Positions 51,400-59,423 of a stretch of DNA of 59,423 nt are shown here, piece by piece. This DNA is from an uncultured Dactylococcopsis sp. (lineage in GTDB: Bacteria; Cyanobacteriota; Cyanobacteriia; Cyanobacteriales; Rubidibacteraceae). Numbering within the stretch: the stretch's first letter is position 1; each line of letters begins with the position of its first letter. The notes below the pieces were generated by a model. It searched no databases. It saw nothing but the letters and a program-made list of their open reading frames with translations, and was not told the DNA's origin. The stretch spans positions 1 to 59,423 of the forward strand of contig CAZAYV010000002.1 of NCBI GenBank assembly GCA_964489465.1, read 5' to 3'. Position numbers and translations under genes: made by a program.

Positions 51400-51609
51400 C
51401 TAGATAGCCATAGATCCAGACAAAGAATAACTGCCTGAAGTATTAGCTCCAACCACAGATATAGCAAAAGTATCAGCGACAGTGAATGTATCAGAGAGAT
51501 CGTTACCAAATGCATCGGCATCAGCTATAGCATCAGCAAATGCAAAGCCACCTTCAACTGTTTTTTCTTCAGAAACAATTTCCATGTAATTGAGATTAGA
51601 AATAATCAT
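51400..51609 (-). CDS. Double-glycine-leader secreted peptide 2 (21-aa leader, 48-aa core)
   Basis: IISNLNYM...VEGG|FAFADAIADADAFG; AAGGAG RBS. Confidence 0.85.
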   Translation of the reverse strand: MIISNLNYMEIVSEEKTVEGGFAFADAIADADAFGNDLSDTFTVADTFAISVVGANTSGSYSLSGSMAI

Positions 51610-51687
51610 TGTTTTCTCCTTAATTTTTAGTCAATTGCCTTTTGGCTTCAACACTTATAAATATAATGAATTTTTCAAGCCGTGTAT

Positions 51688-51700
51688 TGCCAATTTGGCA
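51688..51700 (-). promoter_or_regulatory. Palindromic operator TGCCAAWTTGGCA, copy 2
   Basis: tgccaatttggca; TATATT 22 nt downstream on minus strand. Confidence 0.7.
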
Positions 51701-51966
51701 GAAAATCTAATTTTTTATTTGCGCTCTTGTAAACCTATAGATTGTTATATCAACTGATTCAATATTGCTAGCTAATCGAGCAGATGCACGGAGATAATAT
51801 ACCGCTCAAAACCCAAGCAACGGAAAAATTACCCACAATTACATCACATTTAGCAATTGCAGGTAAGTCTCTCAAAATTTTATAAATGAATTAATCTGAA
51901 AGACAAAAAATCATTAAGATAGCCTCTTTCAGATTAAATAAATTTAGTTACTCAAGTTTTCTCTTG

Positions 51967-52179
51967 CTACATAGCCTTACTACTAACATACCCCAAACTT
52001 GCAGATAAACTATGAATCCCCAATAGGGAAGAAACGTTTGTTATGGCACTTGTATTTGCTTCAGCAAATGATTCACCGATTGCATTACTCAAGACTGATG
52101 AACTAGCAGATGCTAATCCACCTTCAATGAAATGCTCATTAGATTTAATTTGCAAATAATTTAGGTTCAAAATAACCAT
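51967..52179 (-). CDS. Double-glycine-leader secreted peptide 1 (21-aa leader, 49-aa core)
   Basis: MVILNLNYL...IEGG|LASASSS; ATG 52179 preferred over the upstream ORF limit 52203. Confidence 0.78.
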   Translation of the reverse strand: MVILNLNYLQIKSNEHFIEGGLASASSSVLSNAIGESFAEANTSAITNVSSLLGIHSLSASLGYVSSKAM

Positions 52180-52240
52180 GATTTTACCTTGATTTGAAAT
52201 CAACTAAATTTTGACACCAATCCCGTTAGATAAATGAATA

Positions 52241-52630
52241 CTAACTAAGAAAACTGATATTTTGAAGTTGAATAGTATTACCCAAACTAGTTCCTCCTTT
52301 TACTTTTTTATGAGAGTTCGTCTTGATATAATTTAAGTCTCGAATTTTTGGTTTCGCTTGATTGGTTTGGCCTGTTTTGAAATTTGATTGTTGCTTTTGT
52401 TGAATCGGAAATTGATCGCTTGACTGTGAAGAAGTACAGTTCATTTTAATTAAACGATTATAAGTTCTATAGGGAATATAATGTAGGGGATTATAGCCGG
52501 CTGCTTTTAAAATTAGAACACAAGCCCAAGAATACTTACCGTCCAGAATTGCATCAATGATTTGATTAAAATTTTCTTCGCTCATGGTATTAGAATATTG
52601 GTGATTTGAAGAAGAGTTTTGATATGACAT
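52241..52630 (-). CDS. HetP-family protein
   Basis: [42 protein letters not shown] is the HetP-family core. Confidence 0.9.
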   Translation of the reverse strand: MSYQNSSSNHQYSNTMSEENFNQIIDAILDGKYSWACVLILKAAGYNPLHYIPYRTYNRLIKMNCTSSQSSDQFPIQQKQQSNFKTGQTNQAKPKIRDLNYIKTNSHKKVKGGTSLGNTIQLQNISFLS

Positions 52631-52721
52631 GTTGATATCCTTTTTGATTGTGCAACTTTAACTTCCATTAAGGTATTAGCGAGAATAATTTGGGTTAGAT
52701 CTTGCTTCAAAAAGTTATTAT

Positions 52722-54149
52722 TTATAGATTTAAACCTCCTTCTCTTAACTTTTGTAGCGGCTCGAAAATCACCTCAGCAATGCGTCGACGACGAGTAATG
52801 ATTTCCGCCTGCGCCGTTTGACCAACCTTAAACTGAATTTTTTCTTGATTATGGTTAATATAATTTCGATCCAAAGCAATTTCAACTTTATAAGATGTTC
52901 CATTTTCATTCGTTTCTGAATTGGGAGAAATCGATTTTACTTTTCCGCTAACAATCCCGTATTCTTGATAAGGATAGGCATCAAACTTAAGTTTGACGTC
53001 CATATCTTTTTCTACAAAACCCGCTTCGTGATTGGGAATGACAGCATCTAAAACAAGGGGAGCATTTTGCGGGGCAATTTCAGCAATGGTTTGTCCGGGC
53101 TGCATCACTTGACCAATATTTTGTAAATTGAGAGACAATACAGTTCCAGCAATGGGAGCTTCTAAAAGCGTTTCTTTTTGTTGGCTTCTTGCCATTGCTA
53201 GCTCATTTTGGGTCTCTGTGATTTTTCCTTGCAGCTCTTCGATACTGATTTCAAGTTGCTGAATTTGTTGCTGAGTTTCAAGTTGAGTACTCGTTTTTTG
53301 TTGTTTCTTTTGAGCCAGTTCTACTTTGAGTTGTTCCGCTTCTTTATTGGCTGCTTTCATTTCGCTTTCTAACTGCAGCAGTTTGACTTGGCTATTTTGT
53401 AAGGTTTGCTGGGCTTGAAAGACATATTCTTGGGAAATTGCACCATTCTCTTGCAAAGGTTGTAATCGCTCTAAGCGTTGCTGATTTTGCCTAACTTCTA
53501 ACTCTAATGCTGCAAGTTGTTTCTGTTTCTCTGTCACTTGTTCTTGTACTTTCGCGATCGCGATTTCTTGTACAGTTAAATCGGAACTGGCAATGTCTTG
53601 ACGATTTAATGCTTCTAACTGTTTAACTTGTAGTAAATTTTGTTTTTGATAGAGTTGGTTGCGAGAAGTCTCTAATCTTTGCTCGAGTTGGTTAATTTTT
53701 TGGCTGAGTTCTTCGCCATCTAAACGCGCCAAAACCTCTCCAGCAACAACGCTATCTCCTTCTTCAATTAAAAGTTGTTCGATTTTACCATTTGTTGCCG
53801 GTTCAACTTTGTAGGTTTTTCCTTGGGGAACCAATTTACCTTGCGCTCTCCCCACTTCTTCAACGTGTCCAAACCATGCCCAACCGGCAAACGCAAGACA
53901 GAAGACCAACCCCCCTAACATAAAGCGTAAAGGAAAGGAAGCAGGGGGTTGTTCTAACAGATTGAGAACCGCAGGCGAATAGGCATTATAATTGTGGTTT
54001 AAAGCAGACGTATTAACTTTACTAATCCCTGAACTTTTCCTCGTCATAGAAGAAGAATTCGGTTGATTTTTAGCCACTAATTGATGACCTTGCTCACCAG
54101 CAGCCAACTGGTTAGTATCATGATTATTTGAAGACGAATCTAAAGGCAT
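52722..54149 (-). CDS. HlyD-family type I secretion membrane fusion protein
   Basis: TM, GKLVPQG, coiled coil, APIAGTV, KFDAYPYQEYG, GQTAQAEI. Confidence 0.93.
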   Translation of the reverse strand: MPLDSSSNNHDTNQLAAGEQGHQLVAKNQPNSSSMTRKSSGISKVNTSALNHNYNAYSPAVLNLLEQPPASFPLRFMLGGLVFCLAFAGWAWFGHVEEVGRAQGKLVPQGKTYKVEPATNGKIEQLLIEEGDSVVAGEVLARLDGEELSQKINQLEQRLETSRNQLYQKQNLLQVKQLEALNRQDIASSDLTVQEIAIAKVQEQVTEKQKQLAALELEVRQNQQRLERLQPLQENGAISQEYVFQAQQTLQNSQVKLLQLESEMKAANKEAEQLKVELAQKKQQKTSTQLETQQQIQQLEISIEELQGKITETQNELAMARSQQKETLLEAPIAGTVLSLNLQNIGQVMQPGQTIAEIAPQNAPLVLDAVIPNHEAGFVEKDMDVKLKFDAYPYQEYGIVSGKVKSISPNSETNENGTSYKVEIALDRNYINHNQEKIQFKVGQTAQAEIITRRRRIAEVIFEPLQKLREGGLNL

Positions 54150-54225
54150 TATTGGCTCCTGTTAAAATTAATATTCGTTCTTCTTCTCTCTCTAACATTC
54201 TATCTTGATTCGTTTCTTTTTTAAC

Positions 54226-54238
54226 TGCCAAATTGGCA
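54226..54238 (-). promoter_or_regulatory. Palindromic operator TGCCAAWTTGGCA, copy 3
   Basis: tgccaaattggca; TAGAAT 23 nt downstream on minus strand, upstream of hlyD. Confidence 0.7.
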
Positions 54239-54363
54239 ATTTATTTCTTATATTTTTGTTAAAAAGAAAGCAAAAAAATCCTCCCTTTTGAATGAGATTT
54301 AATCGCTCAAAAAATTAAATCAAATTAATCTTGATTTTTAAGGGATCGCGACAAGAGAGGAAA

Positions 54364-57300
54364 TTAAATATCCAGCTGTTGTTTGGCGAGATGATAGTAT
54401 AATTTTTCGTGTTGAATTAATTCTTCATGGGTTCCTTTCTCCACTAATAAACCTTGATCTAAAACTAAAATACAGTCCGCATCTCGGACGGTGGAAAGAC
54501 GATGGGCAATAATAAATGTTGTGCGATCGCGCGAGAGACGTTGTAAATTATTTTGAAAACGTTGTTCGGATTCGGTATCGAGGGCACTGGTGGCTTCGTC
54601 AAGAATCAAGATTTTCGGATTGTCTAATAAGGCGCGCGCGATCGCGATGCGTTGGCGTTGTCCTCCGGATAAAGTTGACCCCCGTTCCCCCACTTTCGTG
54701 TTGTAGCCAAGGGGCATACTTTGAATAAAACTATGAGCTTCCGCTAGTTTAGCGGCTTCGATCACTTGTTCTAAACTAAACTCCGGTCGGTAAAGGGTAA
54801 TATTGTCTAAAATAGTCCCTGAGAACAAAAAGCACTCCTGCGATACCACTCCCAACTGGGACCGTAAAGAATGAGGAGAAACATGACGCAAGTCGTGACC
54901 ATCAATGTAAATCTTTCCGCTATCGGGTTGATATAAACCTTGCAGCAGTTTCACTAATGTGGTTTTACCGGAACCGCTGCGCCCAACAATCGCGATCGTT
55001 TGCCCCATATTGGCATCAAAAGTGACCCCATCAACGGCATTGCGTTCTCCCTCCGCTTCGTAACGAAAGGTCACCTGTTCAAAGCGAACATTACCTTCCA
55101 AAGGTGGTAAAGGCAGCATCATTTGGTCCGCCGTTTCTTCCGATTGCACCAAGAAGATATCATTCAGTCGTTCTACTGAAATCAATACCTCTTGCAGTTC
55201 ATCCCAAATATTGGCTAAGGCAAGAATGGGATTGAGCACTCTGCCTAACAACATATTGAAGGCAACCAGTTGTCCAATGGTCAATTGACCGTCAATCACT
55301 AAACTCGCACCGTACCATAACAAAGCTGTTGTACCGACAATATTGATAAATTGGTTCGCCGCTTCTAATTTCACCACTAACTTTTGTCTGCGGAAGCGCA
55401 TATTCAAAAAGTCAGTGAGATGGTTTTCCCAGCGCCAGCGCAACTCTTGTTCGGAAGCGGTGGTCTTAACGGTTTCGATCCCAGTGATTGTTTCAACCAG
55501 AGAGGAATTTTGCTCGGCCGATTTGTTAAACACTTCTCGGGAAACTTTGCGCAGCCAAGGGGTTGCTAGCAAAGTCAAAATCATAATTGGCGGAATCAGC
55601 GCCAGAATTAAAACCGTTAAACGCCAGTTGTAGTAAAACATCAAGCCGAGGTAAACCACACTCATCAAGATGTCTAACCAAGCCACCATGACCTTACTCA
55701 GTAAAAAGCGTTGGATCTTTTGATTTTCACTGACCCGGGTAATAATATCTCCCACCTGCCGAGATTGAAAAAACTTTAAGGGGAGTTTCATCGTATGACG
55801 AATAAAGCCCCCAATCATGGTTAAGTCCAAGACATTGGAGAGATAACTGAGTAAATATTGTCGGGTTGCCGATAGGATGACTTCAGCCACACCAAATAAC
55901 AGCATTCCCAGGGCAAACACATGCAACATTGTTAAGCTTCTATTAACCACCACTTGGTCAAGAATAATTTGGGTAAACAGAGGCGTAACAATGCCAAAAA
56001 CTTGAATTAACAGTGAGGCAAAGATGATTTGAAATGCTGTGGATTGGTAAGGCAGTAAGAGCTTAAAAAATTTCCCTAATGAAGCTTTTTCATCAGGGAG
56101 TTCGTTTAACTGTTCAGTGGGGCTGAGTAACAGGGCGTATCCGGTCCAACCGTCTAGAAATTCTTCTGTCGATAAGTGATACTTCCCTCGTGCGGGATCG
56201 GCAATCAGCACCCCTTTCCGTTGCACCCGATAAACCACAACATAATGATCCCCTCCCCAGTGAGCAATCCAAGGATTGTTTTGAGTCGCATTAACTAAGG
56301 CATTTAAAGTCGCTCGTACCGGTTTGGCAACATATCCTAACTTTTCCGCGATTTTGGCAAGAACCGATAAAGAAGTACCAGAACGTCCGACATCTCCTAA
56401 ATTGCGGACAGAATTGATACTCAAACGTTTCTGCCAGTAAAGGCTAATCATAACCAGACAAGCAATGCCACAATCGGAACTACTTTGTTGCTCGATAAAA
56501 GGATAAGGACGCCACCGCCCTCGATGTTTCCTTTGCGGTTGCGGGAATTCCACTTCAACCGTCTCGGTTGATAAGGATGTGGAAGCCTTCTCAACAGAAG
56601 AGGACTCCTTATTATAAGTCAGCCGTACTCCGCCGTGAGACGAACCCGATGGCAGCTTCACAATACTATCGGTATCACTTTCAGCAAGCAAAAGCTCATT
56701 GAGGTGCTCTTTCGGGAGATGATACAACCGAAGAGGGGTTTGGGCTACCCAATCCGAACCAACGGGTTCAGAATCTCCCCATGCCTTAACTGAAGCGGGC
56801 TCGATGTGACCTTGACGCAACCAAAAACGCCCTGCTTCAGCGGGCGTTGCTTCAGCCAGGGCTTCTCCTGCAGAGATGTCTATGGCTTGTAGATGGGGTA
56901 ATAACTGCTCTAAACGACGACTGGGAAAGCGTCTAAACTCAGTTAACGTTTTCAAAAAAATTAAGCGTTGTCTTTTTTTGGCGGCTTCAAGCCAAGGGGT
57001 TTTCAGTTGGGGATAGTCTTGAAACCAATTTTGTTGCTGGGCTGGCGATAGACGAGCCACTTCAACGGTAGAAGCATTGTCGGCAGCTATCACTTGGTAC
57101 GATAAACAATTTTGATCGACCAGGGAATCTCCTCCAAAGACGGCTCCTTCTTTTAAAACTTCCACCGAAACTTGTCTTTGTTTTTCTGGATCGAAGCTGA
57201 GTAAACGGGCTCGCCCTTGACAAATGATATATAAATCTTCAGAAAAAACTGTATCTTTCGGTTGAGCCGTTGCCAAAAATTCGTAAATTAAATCACCCAG

Positions 57301-57468
57301 TTGAATAGAAAAAGTTTCAAACTCGTTGCTAAACTGTTGTATAAGAGGGTTATCAATATCACGTAAAACTGACTTTTGTTTCAGCAAGCCCTGGATATGT
57401 CTATGCTGAGAAGTGCTTTTTCCTAACTTATCTTGAAAATTTAAATCACTCACGCCACTTAAGCCCAA
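54364..57468 (-). CDS. C39-peptidase-containing ABC exporter with N-terminal cNMP-binding-like domain (HetC/PteB-like)
   Basis: LYIICQGRARL...GAVFG; QQSSSDCGIAC, HYVVV, IADP catalytic residues; GRSGSGKTT, LSGGQRQR, DEATS. Confidence 0.93.
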   Translation of the reverse strand: MGLSGVSDLNFQDKLGKSTSQHRHIQGLLKQKSVLRDIDNPLIQQFSNEFETFSIQLGDLIYEFLATAQPKDTVFSEDLYIICQGRARLLSFDPEKQRQVSVEVLKEGAVFGGDSLVDQNCLSYQVIAADNASTVEVARLSPAQQQNWFQDYPQLKTPWLEAAKKRQRLIFLKTLTEFRRFPSRRLEQLLPHLQAIDISAGEALAEATPAEAGRFWLRQGHIEPASVKAWGDSEPVGSDWVAQTPLRLYHLPKEHLNELLLAESDTDSIVKLPSGSSHGGVRLTYNKESSSVEKASTSLSTETVEVEFPQPQRKHRGRWRPYPFIEQQSSSDCGIACLVMISLYWQKRLSINSVRNLGDVGRSGTSLSVLAKIAEKLGYVAKPVRATLNALVNATQNNPWIAHWGGDHYVVVYRVQRKGVLIADPARGKYHLSTEEFLDGWTGYALLLSPTEQLNELPDEKASLGKFFKLLLPYQSTAFQIIFASLLIQVFGIVTPLFTQIILDQVVVNRSLTMLHVFALGMLLFGVAEVILSATRQYLLSYLSNVLDLTMIGGFIRHTMKLPLKFFQSRQVGDIITRVSENQKIQRFLLSKVMVAWLDILMSVVYLGLMFYYNWRLTVLILALIPPIMILTLLATPWLRKVSREVFNKSAEQNSSLVETITGIETVKTTASEQELRWRWENHLTDFLNMRFRRQKLVVKLEAANQFINIVGTTALLWYGASLVIDGQLTIGQLVAFNMLLGRVLNPILALANIWDELQEVLISVERLNDIFLVQSEETADQMMLPLPPLEGNVRFEQVTFRYEAEGERNAVDGVTFDANMGQTIAIVGRSGSGKTTLVKLLQGLYQPDSGKIYIDGHDLRHVSPHSLRSQLGVVSQECFLFSGTILDNITLYRPEFSLEQVIEAAKLAEAHSFIQSMPLGYNTKVGERGSTLSGGQRQRIAIARALLDNPKILILDEATSALDTESEQRFQNNLQRLSRDRTTFIIAHRLSTVRDADCILVLDQGLLVEKGTHEELIQHEKLYYHLAKQQLDI

Positions 57469-57897
57469 CTAAATATATTCACTTAAAAATATATATATTC
57501 TATTTTCTAATTGTAAGTACTAAAAAACATTAAAGCATATTGATGCTAATGGTTTCAGGTAATCTAGACTCTTATATTGTTTGATTGTAGTTTTAGTGGA
57601 TATTACTTGTTTTTCGGTGATTAGTCTTTTACATCTCCTAGAGTAACACGGAGATACTTAGTTCTCAAGACCAAGCTTGATTTTTTACAATACTTAGTAG
57701 ACTAATGTTTTAATTGTAATTTAAATCATCAGTATATTAACTTAATATTAATCTAATAACTTAATAATATTAATCTAATAATTTATAGCAGTTTTCAATC
57801 TAGAGAGTTAGCCATCGCAAGATCAAATGAAGTCTGGTGCAGCCATATCAGCTATTTGCCAGCATCAGACATTTTGGGGTGTTCATGACATCTTTGA

Positions 57898-58791
57898 TCA
57901 AGCTGGCAAAAACAAGAGTCCAATCCCTGAAAGCGCAATCAAAACCCCTAAAATCGCGCGTATTGTAATTGTTTCTTTGAGAAAAGCAGCAATAGGAAGG
58001 ATAAAAAGGGGACTGGTTGAACTTAAGGTTTGAGCAATGCCAGTGGCGGCAAATTTGAGGGAAATTTGCTGTAGCCAAATTCCTAAGTAAGTGCTGGCAA
58101 AAGCGGTGATAAAAATAATCCCCACTAAACGCCATGACCATTGCAAAGAAGGGAGTTTGAGGTGCTGGCGTCGGGAAAGCAGTAAGGGAATGAGCGCAAG
58201 AGTTCCTGCACTGAGGCGAATTAGCGTACTCCAGAGGGGATTGAGATCAAAGTCGGTTAAGGCAGCGCGTGAGAGAACCGCCCCAACCGCTTGGGCGATC
58301 GCGCCTCCTAAGCCAAACCCAATGCCAATTTTGAAATTTGCTACGGAAAGGTCTTGGTTACTGGTGCGTTCACTAATGACTGTCGCCACCCCCAGTAAAG
58401 TTAAGATAATGCCAAGCCAAGCGTAGAGAGAAAGGGTTTCTTGCAGGAAAATGAGGGCAATAATGGCAGCCAGAGGAGGGGCAAGGGTTTCAAATAGTAA
58501 GGCCCGCCTGGCGCCGAGATACTTCAAACTAGAGAAAAAGACGGTATCCCCAAACCCAATGCCAATGATGCCGCTGGTGATTAAGAAAAGCACCGGAGTG
58601 AGGGGAAGGGTAGGAAAGATATTTTGGGTCGCGATCGCGGTTAAGGCAAGAAGCAACAGCGCGATCGCGCCCTTTAAAAAATTCAGAAATAAAGGGGAAA
58701 TCTGCTGTCCGAGGCGGCTATAAACCACCGACGCACTGGCCCATAAAAAAGCAGCCAATAACGCAGCAAATTCCCCTTTCAACTCCAACAT
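57898..58791 (-). CDS. DMT/EamA family transporter
   Basis: About 10 TMs in two EamA repeats. Confidence 0.88.
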   Translation of the reverse strand: MLELKGEFAALLAAFLWASASVVYSRLGQQISPLFLNFLKGAIALLLLALTAIATQNIFPTLPLTPVLFLITSGIIGIGFGDTVFFSSLKYLGARRALLFETLAPPLAAIIALIFLQETLSLYAWLGIILTLLGVATVISERTSNQDLSVANFKIGIGFGLGGAIAQAVGAVLSRAALTDFDLNPLWSTLIRLSAGTLALIPLLLSRRQHLKLPSLQWSWRLVGIIFITAFASTYLGIWLQQISLKFAATGIAQTLSSTSPLFILPIAAFLKETITIRAILGVLIALSGIGLLFLPA

Positions 58792-58798
58792 AAACTAG

Positions 58799-59266
58799 CT
58801 AAAGCACCGTGTGGGTATGAGAGTGTTGTTTCACATTGTCCTCAGTGCGCACCATCCGTTCTGCATTGAGAACGCGCTTTCGTTTTGTGGAATGGTTGAG
58901 ATCGCTTTTAAGCGTTCCTAACGGAAAAGAGGATTGGAGATGCTCATGATATTTATAGGTTCGCACGGCTGCAATCACCCGTTCCGTAAAATCGGTTCCA
59001 AAGTCAGCATCTTGGGGGAAGTCGTCAGGCTTAATCAGATGTTCTCCGTCAAACACCTCTTTCACGGGTTTGGCAGCCACCATCTGATAAGATGTTTCCG
59101 CCCCACCTAAAACCGACTCTAAACTCGAAGAAGGAACCGGTTCAATCACATTCACTTGCTTGGTTTCTCCTTCTTCTCGAATAAAGCAAGTGGCAACCCC
59201 AAACACACAATAATCATCGGCGGAAATTTCTGGGGCATTACTAAAGAGAAGGGTGTCTGTGGTCAT
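58799..59266 (-). CDS. Hypothetical protein
   Basis: 155-aa ORF with ATG start; likely co-transcribed with the DMT gene (7-nt gap). Confidence 0.7.
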   Translation of the reverse strand: MTTDTLLFSNAPEISADDYCVFGVATCFIREEGETKQVNVIEPVPSSSLESVLGGAETSYQMVAAKPVKEVFDGEHLIKPDDFPQDADFGTDFTERVIAAVRTYKYHEHLQSSFPLGTLKSDLNHSTKRKRVLNAERMVRTEDNVKQHSHTHTVL

Positions 59267-59423
59267 AATTTAAATTTTGGCAATCGAATTACAGTTTCTG
59301 CTTTTGGGATGATCTTGACAGACTTTCTCTCTGATATCCTGCTTAGGCAAATATTTGTTGCAATTGGGACGGTTGAGGTAACGTTTTATGAAAATTGGTT
59401 TACTAGGGACAGGGTTGATGGGA

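Noticed and set aside
49644-52179. Peptide array as a lanthipeptide/RiPP or classical bacteriocin cluster
   Set aside because: Cores have no Cys and are not cationic; no LanM, YcaO, radical-SAM or immunity gene is in the locus. Enzymes acting in trans cannot be excluded.
52241-57468. hetP/hetC-like genes as evidence of heterocyst formation
   Set aside because: No other het or nif genes are in the window, and the gene context points to peptide export.
57739-57779. AT-only tandem duplication upstream of the exporter
   Set aside because: Low-complexity slippage-type repeat with no evidence of function.

Overview
This is a 59.4-kb chromosomal segment of a cyanobacterium, shown by dense HIP1 GCGATCGC sites, a split DnaE intein, a psbA fragment and Hik2. 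The stand-alone, N-terminally extended MysA-like cyclase suggests a halotolerant Halothece/Euhalothece-type unicellular strain (inference). The first 15 nt are Illumina adapter. Most of the window is housekeeping (malQ, menD, fabG, murA, tmk, dps, argS, dnaE-c, hspA, trmD, an LptD-like gene) plus an NfeD/two-flotillin operon. Accessory pieces are an orphan toxin-immunity-like pair, a 5'-truncated micro-oxic-type psbA, an RTX protein lying between an IS remnant and a 272-bp MITE, and two Uma2 genes. The stand-out locus is 47.9-57.5 kb. It encodes a C39-peptidase ABC exporter (HetC/PteB-like), HlyD, a HetP-family protein carrying its own double-glycine leader motif, seven tandem double-glycine-leader peptides, a rotamase and a PEP/PFE-CTERM-like protein. 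Four predicted mature peptides are exactly 48 aa, and three of these align without gaps as three beta-strands with a small-residue face. A TGCCAAWTTGGCA palindrome sits 22-24 nt upstream of a -10-like box at three promoters. I read the locus as a secreted beta-sheet fibre or functional-amyloid system rather than a bacteriocin or RiPP cluster. All family calls come from recognising motifs by eye; no database searches were run.
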